Assembly: GCA_030141605.1 (NCBI GenBank)
Contig: JAQGDQ010000338.1
Location: forward strand, 192,346 to 256,345
Length of the DNA stretch: 64,000 nt
DNA from: Tubiluchus corallicola
Taxonomy: Eukaryota > Animalia > Priapulida
Direction: 5' to 3'
Shown: positions 37,740 through 51,551 of the stretch, in pieces
Position numbering within the stretch: the first letter of the stretch is position 1
Layout of the letters: the number at the start of each line of letters is the position of its first letter
The notes under the pieces: generated by a model
The model's database searches: none
The model's input: the letters and a program-made list of their open reading frames with translations, nothing else
What the model was told of the DNA's origin: nothing
Made by a program: the position numbers and the translations under genes

Positions 37740-38193
37740 CCCTTTCAGTCCCAAATTATTTTTTAATAAGAAAAAAATTTTGGCTTGGTACTTTTGTTCA
37801 GTATGTCCATCTTGTTTACACGTAATAATTATTTTTTCTACCTGTGCCCGTGTGCTAAATATAGCCTGTATCCCACGGGATACATTGGGATTCAATGGAA
37901 GCATAAAATGTGCTTCATTTTGCAACTGCTGATAATTTTTTAAAGTATTTAAGACATTTAGTACGCATGCTATGCTGATCTGTACAAAGTCATCTCTAAA
38001 GTACTGTACCTTGCGCAGTTTTTTATTCTATGTAGATTTTCTAGTTTGCCATTTTATCACTATTTTTAGTCTATTGTTATTGGCTTAAATCAAAATAACT
38101 ATTAGCAGATTAGACTGTCAGTTTTAAAATTTTATTAATTTCAAAGGCAGAAAATATTCTCGTATCCCAAGGGATACAACGGGTATGAAAGGG
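37740..38193. mobile_element. piggyBac-like MITE, copy 1
   Basis: TTAA|CCCTTTCA...TGAAAGGG|TTAA; near-identical to 53043-53495. Confidence 0.9.
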
Positions 38194-38555
38194 TTAAGTG
38201 ATAACAGTAAAACAAACGCAACATGCTGAGTGACTTGTTCTTTCCTTTAACTGCTGTGTTTACCTGTCTTGAGGGCAGATTTTGTTTGTTTTATATTTCT
38301 GCCTGCCCAGGATCTACAACAGACGCAACAGTCATATAATGATGAATCAATATAGTACATGTATCTGCAAATTTCCTTGGTGGTCTATTACAACTTATCC
38401 AACGCCTGCGGGTCCAACAAACGTGCAGTAAACTACTCAGACTGGGCGACATAGGTACTCAGAATTGAATTAGTTTTATAACTCAGCATTAACTTACAAA
38501 ACTTGCTGCTTGAGTTCTCAAATTGCCTAACCAGTAAATTGTTTTTTTAGAACAT

Positions 38556-38985
38556 TCTTCTTTTTCTTCTTCTCAGCTTCTCCCTATGTGGGGTCGCCGT
38601 TGTGAATGAGTCTTCTCCACGCATTCCTGTTGTTGACCATCTCTTCATTTATGTCTTCCCTTCCCACATGATCTTCACCGACTCTTCTTTTCAGGTGTCC
38701 ATACCATCGCAATCTTGCGAGGCTTCCACTACTTTTACTGTTCCTCTGATATTATTATTTCTAATTTTATCTCTTCTTGTTACTCCCACTATCCATCTCA
38801 TCTCCACCACACCCATTTTCTTCTCTTCGGTGTTCTTTAGAGAAGCTGCTTCCAGTCCATAGATTAGAGCGGGTCTGACCACTGCTTTGTGAACTTTACC
38901 TTTAAGTCTCACCGACTCATTCATAGAAGGTTTTGGCGCAGTTTTTACATGCCCTTCCTGACCCTAACCCTCCCTATTTATCCCC
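38556..38985 (-). mobile_element. Internally deleted RTE element
   Basis: LKGKVHKAVVRPALIYGLE...GVTRRDKIRNNNIRG; 3'UTR homologous to 28887-28990. Confidence 0.8.
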
Positions 38986-39539
38986 ACTCAAACTCAACTT
39001 GAGGGTCAAGCCACTCAGTTTTAACATCAGGTCCACAATTTGAATATAAAATTACCTTATTTTACTGTCAACTCACTCTGTTTCTTAAAGTCACTCAACT
39101 TACTCAATTTACTTTCAGAGGTAACTACTTTTCTAGAAGCCAAGTTACTCAACTTAGAATATTGTTTTATGCCGTTTTATATTCTGACTTTTCACCGCTT
39201 TTAACCTGAAGTAACAAGGCAAACGAACAAACCCTTTTTAATTTCGAAATTTTAAACGAGTTTCTCGTGTTTTGTGCTCACAATCCATTGAAGAGCCTCC
39301 CGAAATTTTAATCGGACGAAAAACTAAACCCTGAAAAGGTTTCCGCCTTCAAACTGCAAGCAAAGTTATTGTTTCGTAGAAAAAACTACGAAAGTGATTT
39401 TTGAAGCTCTTGTTGGAAAGTCGGTAAAACTGTGATCTTTGGTCAACGTTTTAAACCATGGATAATAGCTGTAGTAATCATCAATGAATCACTAAAGAGT
39501 TTTCCCAAAAAGAAATTGCAACCGGACGCCATTGCATTT

Positions 39540-39791
39540 TCTCATAACAATGCTTAGATTCTCATAACAATGCATAGATTCTCATAACAGTGCTTAGATC
39601 CTCATAACAATGCTTAGATTCTCATAACAATGCTTAGATTCTCATAACAACGCTTAGATTCTCATAACAATGCTTAGATTCTCATAACAATGCTTAGATT
39701 CTCATAACAATGCTTAGATTTTCATAACAATGCTTAGATTCTCATAACAATGCTTAGATTCTCATAATAAATGCTTAGATTCTCATAACAA
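39540..39791. repeat. 20-bp minisatellite, ~12 copies
   Basis: Unit ctcataacaatgcttagatt. Confidence 0.95.
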
Positions 39792-39820
39792 TGGCGTTAA
39801 TCACATTCTGGTCATCAGCG

Positions 39821-40510
39821 TTAAAGGACAAGAAAAGGGGTATCTGAAGTAGGTTTCAGAAAAATCGCCTTAAAAAATTATATTACTTTATAGCAATTTT
39901 ATGCGTATATCTTACTCGTACTGAAAGGAATTTCAGTTTGTTTTCATTTTAAATCTCTCACAATACTGTTCCGAAGTCGCCATTGCATGACGTCATGTAC
40001 CAAACGTAAATCAAGGGAAGAAAAGGCAACGTTAAATTATGTCTCAAAAGACTTTCCGTGCAAATCTATGTTACTTAGCTTTTTGCTTACCTGCTAGAAA
40101 GACTTATGTAACTAGAAAAGAAAATTATTAATTATTTAAAATGTTTTCACCAATTGGTAAAATGTCGCTGACTCACCTCCAGGGTGCACCACTCACTAAC
40201 CAAAAAACGTATTTAAATCTTATTGACAAGATGCAGTAATTTTAAATTTTATTTAGTTAGTGACTTGTGTGCTACGAATGCTCTGATTATTTTTTCAAAC
40301 TTTACAAAATGTTATGTAAACTTGTTTCAAATGACCTGTCGTGAAAATGGCTGCGTCTAACGGTCATCGCGGGAGTTTAAATTTACATGTTTTATACAGC
40401 GTGACTGCCGATTGAAGTCCTGCACGCAAAAAGGCAGTACGTAAGTGATATAAAATTTCAAAACGAATTTTTTAAGCTTTGTGTTTATGAAGGGTTTTCT
40501 TGTGCTTTAA
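39821..40510 (+). mobile_element. Family Y element, longer copy
   Basis: First half matches 4785-5160; second half matches the reverse complement of 43900-44295. Confidence 0.7.
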
Positions 40511-41138
40511 ACCATACCGTGAGCCAAAACCTCACTGCAGTCCCTGACGCCGACTTCATTAGTGAACGCTAGTCTGCTTGTATATATGCTTCATAGTCAT
40601 CTTACCCATGTTGTTACATTTGTAATAAAAGGTTTCTCTGAAACTGTACTGACTAATTTTGGGTTGGTGTTCATCGTTGTTACAAAACCTCACTGTTTAA
40701 TTTCGTTTTTGTTGCTTTCCTAGGATGGTATTCGCTCGTGTGTCATTCATTCTGTGTCGTATAATTCTGAAAAGTTTCGCCCCACCGAGAGCACTTTATT
40801 CGATTATAGTAGCACCATATTCACCACTAAATACTAGTCTTACTCGTGGGATCTATGTACATGCCATGAAATGCGTCATAGACATCTTAACGTTTATTCA
40901 ATTTCATATGCGCACGGCAGTAAAATACACCTACGTGACACGATGGTTGCGGCTAACTCCTTTCTTTTTGGTCAAAATAAGCGAAAGTCCCTTTTGGCGA
41001 ACGTCGTGCGTGGTACTGGTACGGGTTGCCAATGGAGGTGCTTTTATAGGTATAATGTCGCGAAATAATGTTAAATGTAAATTATTGATCATTGCTGCGC
41101 ATCACTTTAGCCAAGAGAGATGAAGAAAAAATAATCTC

Positions 41139-41545
<407 letters not shown>

Positions 41546-42233
41546 ATATAAATTCTTAACAACAACGACAGAAACACGAAGAAATGGAAAAGATACGACG
41601 TTTCGAAAAACCTCTGTGCACATTCTCAAGTAGAATGAAAAAAGAAAAAGAAAAAAATCACTAAAATCAGCATCTTTCATTGCATTTTATAAGCACTTTA
41701 TAGCCACTAACTAAGCGCAATTATTAATTAATATCAAAAAATACAGGACACAAAACAATAAGAGAAATCAAAAAATTATGTTTTTATTGTGTTTGTTTTG
41801 ACTTGTTTTAACATATAGATTTTGTTTTGATGTACTGATGATGTGTATTACTTTCATTTTTCATGTGTAAAACACAAAACATTTATTTCATAAAAAATCA
41901 ATTCAATTCAATTCAATTTACGACATCAAGTATTTTCAGCTTCAATTTTTTTAAAGTTCGTCTTCAACTTCTCGTCTTTTCTTAATTTGTTATTAATTAA
42001 CTTTTAATGTGCTGAAGGTGTTTGTAATTTTGTACATGACGACACTCGGGTTAATTTACGACGATGAAGAAGAAGAATAGATCGTCAACAATTTAACTGC
42101 TGCTGTCGTAAAACCTCCTCCATTAAAACCTCTAAAACCCGCCTTAATGATGCTCGTTAAATTTTAATGTTCAGCTAGTAATGACGTTCCATAGCAGCTG
42201 CAGTAATACACTAGTGGCAGTAATGTGATAACT

Positions 42234-42357
42234 CAACAACGTCAACAACAATAATAACAACAACAAGAAAGACAATGACAGCAGCAACAACAACAGCAAA
42301 AACAACAACATCAAAAGCAAAAACAACAACAACAACAAAGACAACGACAGCAGCATC

Positions 42358-42392
<35 letters not shown>

Positions 42393-42561
42393 AAGCAAAA
42401 ACAACAACAACAACAACAATAAAAGCAAAAACAACAACGAAGACAACGACAGCAGCAACAACAACAACAGCAACAATACGAGCAAAACCAACAACAACAA
42501 CAACAACAACAACAAAAGCAAAAACAACATCAACGAAGACAACGACAGCAGCAGCAGCATC

Positions 42562-42595
<34 letters not shown>

Positions 42596-42597
42596 GC

Positions 42598-42682
<85 letters not shown>

Positions 42683-42703
42683 GCAACAACAACAGCAACA
42701 GCA
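42234..42703. repeat. Imperfect (ACA)n microsatellite
   Basis: Read directly; purity increases rightwards. Confidence 0.93.
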
Positions 42704-42769
42704 ATCTCGATGATAGTAGGAAATCTTAAAACAGCATTAGTCACTACAAGACTTTAAATTAAACATACA

Positions 42770-43145
42770 CTGTGGTCGTTTCTTCTCCTCTTTTCCTTCT
42801 TCCTATCCCTAATCTTACTATTTTTTTCCATTCCATCATGTTTACTAACCCTAACCATTCTTTCATTCACTCATTCTCCCCTCCCTTCCTTCTTCCTATC
42901 CCTAATCTTACTATTTTTTTCCATTCCATCATGTCTACTAACCCTAACCATTCTTTCATTCACTCATTTGTGCCACCTTAACAAGCCAAGCTTTCAAGGT
43001 GTCATACAGCAACTTTTTTATTTGGTTAATTTGACTTCATCAACGTTTTTTTAACTATACTGTTTCCTTTTGTTTCAATAATATTGTATGTTGATGTATT
43101 GTATATGTATTGCTGGAGTGAAATAAATTGATTGATTGACTGACT
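42770..43145 (+). mobile_element. Probable LINE 3'UTR remnant with 93-bp duplication
   Basis: Duplicated ttccttcttcctatccctaatc unit, stem-loop tgccacctt...aaggtgtca, aataaa followed by (attg)n tail. Confidence 0.45.
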
Positions 43146-43656
43146 ACCTTAGTTAATAGTCTTATAGGTATGGCAGACAAAACTACCCGAAAACAGTATG
43201 AGGTAGTCACCCATCTGTTTGCTAACTAGGTTTGGCACTGCTTAAATTCTCGGGGAAAGCCAGCACGACTTTGCTGTTCCCCTCGCTTGAAACGTTACAT
43301 CATTTCCATGCTTTATTAGAGCAATTTGTGTAAAACGTTAATAAATTGTTAATTTTACTAATGACTTGGGAGCCATTTTTGTTCTCAGCCAATCTCCCAA
43401 CTTAATCTAAGATTAATGAAGGGAGAAGTAATGAGCAATTTACAAGCAAATTACATGCATCATAGCGAACAGCTTTCAAATCAAATGTTGATTTAATATA
43501 CATTCGTGGAAAGATTTTCCAACGTGGCTCAGTGTCTGGGGTATATTAGTTAAAGCACAACAAAACATGCTTTATAAAGCTTAAAAAATTCGTTTTGAAA
43601 TCACTTGCCTGCTGTCTTATTGCACACAGCGTTTGCATTAATAGTAACGCTGTGTA

Positions 43657-43895
43657 AAACAGTTTAATTTGTAACAATTTTCTAAATGTACTTTTACATA
43701 TATATATCGAAAACAAGAACTAGTAATTAAAATATGCGCATAATTATTGATAAATATTACATTTTTACAATGACGATATTTGCAATGATGCAAAAACAAG
43801 AGTAATTCGTACTTGTTTAGTAATAAAGGTTTACCGGTCTATTATAAGAGTCCTACGTTTTAGTAAAGAGAAAAGAAATTACAATATGATTAAAT
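43657..43895 (+). repeat. Dispersed ~235-bp repeat, copy 2
   Basis: Near-identical to 16284-16520. Confidence 0.88.
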
Positions 43896-44295
43896 CTATA
43901 CGTTAAAGCATAAGAAAACCCTTCATAAACATAAAGCTTGAAAAATTCGTTTTCAAATTTTATATCACTTACATACTGCCTTTTTGCGTGCAGGATTTCA
44001 ATCAGCAGTCACGCTGTATAAAACATGTAAATTTAAACTCCCGCGATGAAACAATTTTAGATAACATTGAGTAAAGTTTGAAAAAATGATCAGAGCATTC
44101 GTAGCGCACACTTCGCTAGCTAAACAAAAGCATAAATCACTTTAGCTCGTCATTAAGATCAATAATATGTTTTTGGTGAATCAGTGGTGCACACTGGGAT
44201 AGCGATAGAGTGACGTTTTACCAAGTCGCGTGAATATTTTTAATTATCAGAATTTTCTTTTCCAATTAGATACGTAGATACGTCTTCTAAACAAG

Positions 44296-45780
44296 CTTAA
44301 TATAGCTGCCTTAGGAAATAATGATCTGTTGAAGTTGTTATTATTCAGAAAAGATAAATTTAACTATGTTGCTAACTGTAAAATATTCCAATGGATACAT
44401 GACTTTATATTACGTACTAAACGCCTCCAGTAGTTTCTATCTGAAATAAAATGCATCAGTCTTAAATAATCTTACATTAATATTTTCTAACCGTTATTTT
44501 CTACTAATGTCTAATGTAATCTTGTAGTAAAACTTGTCAGCTTGTGTAGTTATAATCTATTCTTACTGTAAATGTTACTAATATCTAATGTAATCTTGTA
44601 GTAAAACTTGTCAGCTTGTGTAGTTATAGTCTATTCTTACTGTAAATGTTACTAATATCTAATGTAATCTTGTAGTAAAACTTGTCAGCTTGTGTAGTTA
44701 TAGTCTATTCTTACTGTAAATGTTGCTAATATCTAATGTAATCTTGTAGTAAAACTTGTCAGCTTGTGTAGTTATAGTCTATTCTTACTGTAAATGTTAC
44801 TAATATCTAATGTAATCTTGTAGTAAAACTTGTCAGCTTGTGTAGTTATAGTCTATTCTTACTGTAAATGTTACTAATGTCTAATGTAATCTTGTAGTAA
44901 AACTTGTCAGCTTGTGTAGTTATAGTCTATTCTTACTGTAAATGTTACTAATGTCTAATGTAATCTTGTAGTAAAACTTGTCAGCTTGTGTAGTTATAGT
45001 CTATTCTTACTGTAAATGTTACTAATATCTAATGTAATCTTGTAGTAAAACTTGTCAGCTTGTGTAGTTATAGTCTATTCTTACTGTAAATGTTACTAAT
45101 ATCTAATGTAATCTTGTAGTAAAACTTGTCAGCTTGTGTAGTTATAGTCTATTCTTACTGTAAATGTTACTAATATCTAATGTAATCTTGTAGTAAAACT
45201 TGTCAGCTTGTGTAGTTATAGTCTATTCTTACTGTAAATGTTACTAATATCTAATGTAATCTTGTAGTAAAACTTGTCAGCTTGTGTAGTTATAGTCTAT
45301 TCTTACTGTAAATGTTACTAATGTCTAATGTAATCTTGTAGTAAAACTTGTCAGCTTGTGTAGTTATAGTCTATTCTTACTGTAAATGTTACTAATGTCT
45401 AATGTAATCTTGTAGTAAAACTTGTCAGCTTGTGTAGTTATAGTCTATTCTTACTGTAAATGTTACTAATGTCTAATGTAATCTTGTAGTAAAACTTGTC
45501 AGCTTGTGTAGTTATAGTCTATTCTTACTGTAAATGTTACTAATGTCTAATGTAATCTTGTAGTAAAACTTGTCAGCTTGTGTAGTTATAGTCTATTCTT
45601 ACTGTAAATGTTACTAATATCTAATGTAATCTTGTAGTAAAACTTGTCAGCTTGTGTAGTTATAGTCTATTCTTACTGTAAATGTTCTTGTAAATAGTGT
45701 ATAAAGTCTGTTGTGGTGAGGATCCTAAATCATGTTGTTCAAACTGTCTGTTTCAATCCTAAATAAATTGTTTAAACTAA
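44296..45780 (+). mobile_element. LINE 3' fragment copy B with amplified 3'UTR
   Basis: LNIAALGNNDLLKLLLF...ILRTKRLQ* then 3'UTR ending cctaaataaattgtttaaactaa as in copies A, C, D. Confidence 0.88.
44503..45686. repeat. 74-bp satellite, 16 copies
   Basis: Unit taat(g/a)tctaatgtaatcttgtagtaaaacttgtcagcttgtgtagttatagtctattcttactgtaaatgttac; marker aaaacttgtcagc at 44529, 44603 ... 45639. Confidence 0.96.
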
Positions 45781-46242
45781 ACAGGTTTAAATTATTAACT
45801 AGCATGAAAATATTATTGCCACAGAAACGTAATTCAGCGTTCACATGGATAATTTATCACGGCCACATGCATATCGCCATTCGCTAGTTAGATAGGCACT
45901 AGCGCCCACATCTCAGTATGGCGTTGCACAAAGAAGAGGTGCTGTACCTCTCACTTGAAAGGTGTCCAGTTGTGACGTAGTACACACGTTCGAGAGCTCA
46001 TATGTGAACTCCATTTTTTTAATTTCAAAATTAAATTTGCCGAGTTTTTGTATATCACTCTGAATGTTGTACAGTAGCACTCTACTTCAATTTTCGTTTT
46101 CACAAACACGTGCAACACGCTCATGAAACGTTTATGCTGTTGAATATTTTGTTCGTTTGTGATGTCGTCACTAGCTGGTCTCGGCTGCCGTTAATTAAGT
46201 TTTTGTCTTTTTATTTAATCATCAGAAACGCTTTGGCATTAT

Positions 46243-47838
46243 TATATGTGTTAAAATGTATACTTTTTACCGTAATTCAAAATGCATATTTGTTAAAATG
46301 TATACTTTTTACCGTAATTCAAAATGCATATTTGTTAAAATATATACTTTTTACCGTAATTCAAAATGCATATGTGTTAAAATGTATACTTTTTACCGTA
46401 ATTCAAAATGCATATATGTTAAAATATATACTTTTTACCGTAATTCAAAATGCATATGTGTTAAAATGCATACTTTTTACCGTAATTCAAAATGCATATG
46501 TGTTAAAATGTATACTTTTTACCATAATTCAAAATGCATATGTGTTAAAATGTATACTTTTTACCGTAATTCAAAATGCATATGTGTTAAAATGTATACT
46601 TTTTACCGTAATTCAAAATGCATATGTGTTAAAATGTATACTTTTTACCGTAATTCAAAATGCATATTTGTTAAAATGTCAACTTTTTACCGTCATTCAA
46701 AATGCATATTTGTTAAAATGTATACTTTTTACCGTAATTCAAAATGCATATGTGTTAAAATATATACTTTTTACCGTAATTCAAAATGCATATGTGTTAA
46801 AATATATACTTTTTACCGTAATTCAAAATGCATATGTGTTAAAATATATACTTTTTACCGTAATTCAAAATGCATATGTGTTAAAATATATACTTTTTAC
46901 CGTAATTCAAAATGCATATTTGTTAAAATGTATACTTTTTACCGTAATTCAAAATGCATATGTGTTAAAATATATACTTTTTACCGTAATTCAAAATGCA
47001 TATTTGTTAAAATGTATACTTTTTACCGTAATTCAAAATGCATATATGTTAAAATATATACTTTTTACCGTAATTCAAAATGCATACGTGTTAAAATATA
47101 TACTTTTTACCGTAATTCAAAATGCATACGTGTTAAAATATATACTTTTTACCGTAATTCAAAATGCATACGTGTTAAAATATATACTTTTTACCGTAAT
47201 TCAAAATGCATATGTGTTAAAATGTATACTTTTTACCGTAATTCAAAATGCATATGTGTTAAAATATATACTTTTTACCGTAATTCAAAATGCATATGTG
47301 TTAAAATATATACTTTTTACCGTAATTCAAAATGCATATATGTTAAAATATATACTTTTTACCGTAATTCAAAATGCATATATGTTAAAATATATACTTT
47401 TTACCGTAATTAAAAATGCATACGTGTTAAAATATATACTTTTTACCGTAATTAAAAATGCATACGTGTTAAAATATATACTTTTTACCGTAATTCAAAA
47501 TGCATATTTGTTAAAATGTATACTTTTTACCGTAATTCAAAATGCATATGTGTTAAAATATATACTTTTTACCGTAATTCAAAATGCATATGTGTTAAAA
47601 TATATACTTTTTACCGTAATTCAAAATGCATATTTGTTAAAATGTATACTTTTTACCGTAATTCAAAATGCATATGTGTTAAAATGTATACTTTTTACCG
47701 TAATTCAAAATGCATATGTGTTAAAATGTATACTTTTTACCATAATTCAAAATGCATATGTGTTAAAATGTATACTTTTTACTGTAATTCAAAATGCATA
47801 TGTGGTAAAATGTATACTTTTTACCTTAATTCAAAATG
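46243..47838. repeat. 42-bp satellite, ~38 copies
   Basis: Unit atatgtgttaaaatgtatactttttaccgtaattcaaaatgc. Confidence 0.97.
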
Positions 47839-48231
47839 CGGAAGAATAAACCCCTACTTCCGGTAAACAGTCGTAAATCCTAGAGCTTAAGAGCTTCTGC
47901 TCCTGTTGCCTTGGAAATATACACGTCAATAGGGCTCTATTACTTACGGACGCTTAGCGTTCCCATGACACGTTGCTGCTTACCTGTAGAGTGAGTGATG
48001 TTCTGCTGATTATAATGTATTCACCTATTGTGTTACCTGTGAGCATTAGCTTAGCTAATAGCGAGGTAATAATGTCACTTTGGAAGAGCAGAGTACACAG
48101 ATCGCAGAACGTCAATCAACCGACTAGATCTGCTGTATCTCGACTCTATCAGTTTTTCGAGTGCTCACGCCATGACTTACTCCCAAACTCGCCGCATTTG
48201 TATGTGAAGCGCGTAAAGAAATACAGGGAAA

Positions 48232-48269
<38 letters not shown>

Positions 48270-48272
<3 letters not shown>

Positions 48273-48878
48273 TAATTCTTTATTTGTCATTAAAATGGTT
48301 CACTCATTATAATAAAATTGAGTAAGCCTCAGCGTAATGTTAAAATAACAACACTGTTCAAGAGAAATGCGTCCAGTGCAGACTAAAAAGAAACTAAAGT
48401 GCAAAACTAAGGCCTAATTATGTACAATGAATGAACAAACACCATATTAAAATATTTTTACAAAACAATATTACAAAAGTACATTAAATTTTACATGACA
48501 TATTTTACACTATATATATACATTTAACATGACACAATTAACAGAAACATGCTTTACATTACATAAATTTCACTCATTACATTTACACTATTTATACATT
48601 TGACATTACAAAACTAACACAACACGTATTACATTACATAATTTTTTTAAAATATTTACATTTTTAATCGTTTTATGGAGTCAGGGGGGGGTAGATGAAA
48701 GTTGAGTCTGTGTAATTAGTGTCAGATGCACAATGTGGAAGTTGAGACCTGTTATATTGATATTCTTTTAATTTCTTTTTAAAGTGGTTGAGAGATTCTA
48801 TTTGTTTTATTTCACTGGGTAGTAAGTTCCATAAATGTATAGCTTGTTTTGATATAGAGTTATTTCCAAATTTATTTG
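48270..48878 (-). mobile_element. L2/Crack-like LINE remnant, shorter copy
   Basis: Colinear with 3880-4445. Confidence 0.78.
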
Positions 48879-49393
48879 TTGATAGTTGATTTTACTAATT
48901 ATTTATAATAATATAGTAATAAAATAATTAGTCATCTGAAACAAATCTCAAATGTTACTAATATTTCAAAACAGAAATTACTGAAACAAAGAAAATGAAT
49001 ATAATAAAAGATGAATTATTTACAACTTGTTGTCTTTCCGCCATTTTAAAAACTTGGCGGGAAAGCTTGGGCAGATGGCAGCACAGGAGGTATCCATGTT
49101 TTTCACCTTTGTTCACCTTATATGCTGTAGCGACTTGCAACCAATGAGTGTTTGTGAGAATGTGTGTTACGTCATCAAGGTGGGCGGGTCAAAAATATGA
49201 CGTAGCAACACCCCTCTTAGCGATACGTAGGGATTTTCTAATTGACTGACTAGTTAAAATCTTCAACCAACCGATCAATTTATCTACCAATCAAGATAAT
49301 GTCTGCAGTTGTCTCTTGGTGTACAAGGACAAATCAGACAGGGTTTGTAACGGTACTACAGTGCCGGTTTGATTTCCGAAGGATACAATAGGA

Positions 49394-49667
49394 TAACGTG
49401 ACGTCACCCTTGTCAGCTACAGACGTCATCTTGCGCTTGTTGCGTAGTGACAGTCATCCTGGAATCACTACAGTGTGATCCATCATTAAGCGCATGCGCT
49501 ACACTAAATGAATTACTGTGATTCGTGGACAGGACAACGTGACGTCACCCTAGTCAGCTACAAACGTCATCTTGCGCTTGTTGCATAGTGACAGTCATCA
49601 TGGAATCACTACAGTGTGATCCATCATTAAGCGCATGCGCTACGCTAAATGAATTACTGTGATTCGT
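49394..49667. repeat. 141-bp tandem duplication
   Basis: acgtgacgtcaccct at 49397 and 49538. Confidence 0.9.
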
Positions 49668-49824
49668 GAGACATTCTACAGTATTTCGTTGGCCTTCGAG
49701 ATTAAATTTTACACGTTTTATTGGTTTATATAAACAACTATGCGTCACGTCAATAAACTACTTAACATTAACACACTGGTTGAAGTTGCTGAATGGTGGT
49801 GATGATGGTAACAGTAAGAATTGC

Positions 49825-49825
<1 letters not shown>

Positions 49826-49863
<38 letters not shown>

Positions 49864-49911
49864 AAAGAAGATGGTGGTGGTGGTGGTGGTGGTGGTGGTG
49901 GTGGTGGTGGT
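49826..49911. repeat. (GAT)n/(GGT)n microsatellite
   Basis: Read directly. Confidence 0.93.
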
Positions 49912-50020
49912 TGTGATGTTAAAGGTGGCAGTTATGTTGGTGATGATGACAACACCATCACTATGTGTTTTTTTCGCATATCTTTTGCTGTGCTTTTGTA
50001 TCTCTAACAAATTGTATCCA

Positions 50021-50437
50021 TAAATAAATTAATAAATTAAATAAATTAATGTTTAATAAATTAAATGCAATACTTCTGCCTGAAGACCTTAATATAGCTG
50101 CCTTAGGAAATAATGATCTGTTGAAGTTGTTATTATTCGGTAAAGATGAATTTAACTATGTTGCTAACTGCAAAATATTCCAATGTATACATGACTTTAT
50201 ATTACGTACTAAACGCTTCCAGTAGTTTCTATCTGATATAAAATGCATCGGTCTTAAATAATCGTACATTAATATTTGTTAACCGTCATCTTCTACTAAA
50301 GTATACTAAAAACTAAGTATAGTCTATTCTTACTGTAAATGTTCTTGTAAATAGTGCATAAAGTCTGTTGTGGTGAGGATCCTAAATCATGTTGTACAAA
50401 CTGTCTGATCCAATCCTAAATAAATTATTTTTAAACT
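50021..50437 (+). mobile_element. LINE 3' fragment copy C
   Basis: Same ...FILRTKRFQ* and 3'UTR; 11-bp TSD aattgtatcca at 50010-50020 and 50438-50448. Confidence 0.88.
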
Positions 50438-50869
50438 AATTGTATCCAAAAATGGAAACATGAAAAGTGTTCTTTGGTCTACATGTAACAACACGTAGGC
50501 TGTAGCTGTGATTTGGCTGCCATAATTAAAACGAAAAGGTCGATAACGAGTTGTGCTAATTAGAGTGATGGGGTCGTGTCGGTTGTGCACATGAATGTGG
50601 AATTGTATCGAACTTGGCTTCATTTGCATCGTGCTCCGCACGGTTAGTCTACAACTGAACGCTCAATTGCACAACGTCTTATTCAGTAATCTCACTCAGT
50701 GTCTCAAGACGTTGACATCTGACATCATGAGCAACTGGGAGATTATTCACATAAGCATGTCCCTACACGCAAACATCACCAAGACGCGTTGTCCTAGAGC
50801 AGTAGACTCTATATGCAGTCATAAGTGTAGACCTAACCTTCTATGAAAATAACTGAGGAACTTTATAAA

Positions 50870-51174
50870 GTAAGTGAGTGAGTGAGTGAGTGAGTGAGGG
50901 AGTGAGGGAGTGAGGGAGGGAGGGAGGGAGGGAGGGAGGGAGGTCAGTCAGTCAGTCAGTCAGTCAGTCAGTCAGTCAGTCAGTCAGTGAGTGAGTGAGT
51001 GAGTGAGTGAGTGAGTGAGTGAGTGAGTGAGTGAGTGAGTGAGTGAGTGAGTGAGTGAGTGAGTGAGTGAGTGAGTGAGTGAGTGAGTGAGTGAGTGAGT
51101 GAGTGAGTGAGTGAGTGAGTGAGTGAGTGAGTGAGTGAGTGAGTGAGTGAGTGAGTGAGTGAGTGAGTGAGTGA

Positions 51175-51211
<37 letters not shown>

Positions 51212-51551
51212 TGAGTGAGTGAGTGAGTGAGTGAGTGAGTGAGTGAGTGAGTGAGTGAGTGAGTGAGTGAGTGAGTGAGTGAGTGAGTGAGTGAGTGAGT
51301 GAGTGAGTGAGTGAGTGAGTGAGTAAGAGAGGAAGGGAGGCAGTGAGTGAGTGAGTGAGTGAGTGACTGAGTGAGTGAGTGGGTGAGTGAGTGAGTGAGT
51401 GAGTGAGTGAGTGAGTGAGTGAGTGAGTGAGTGAGTGAGTGAGTGAGTGAGTGAGTGAGTGAGTGAGTGAGTGAGTGAGTGAGTGAGTGAGTGAGTGAGT
51501 GAGTGAGTGAGTGAGTAAAAGTAAGTAAAGTAAAGTAAGTAAGTAAAGTAA
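50870..51551. repeat. Compound (GAGT)n/(GAGG)n/(CAGT)n/(GTAA)n microsatellite
   Basis: Read directly; continuous with the 3' tail of the adjacent LINE remnant. Confidence 0.97.

Larger units (their letters stand above)
43900..46245 (-). mobile_element. Family X/Y element hosting a LINE insertion
   Basis: 43900-44295 is the reverse complement of ~40085-40510; 45781-46245 is the reverse complement of ~59060-59430 and 13090-13300. Confidence 0.6.

Noticed and set aside
42275-42757. Mucin-like poly-Thr ORF
   Set aside because: Explained by an (ACA)n microsatellite; no signal peptide or convincing splice sites, though a small exon cannot be fully excluded
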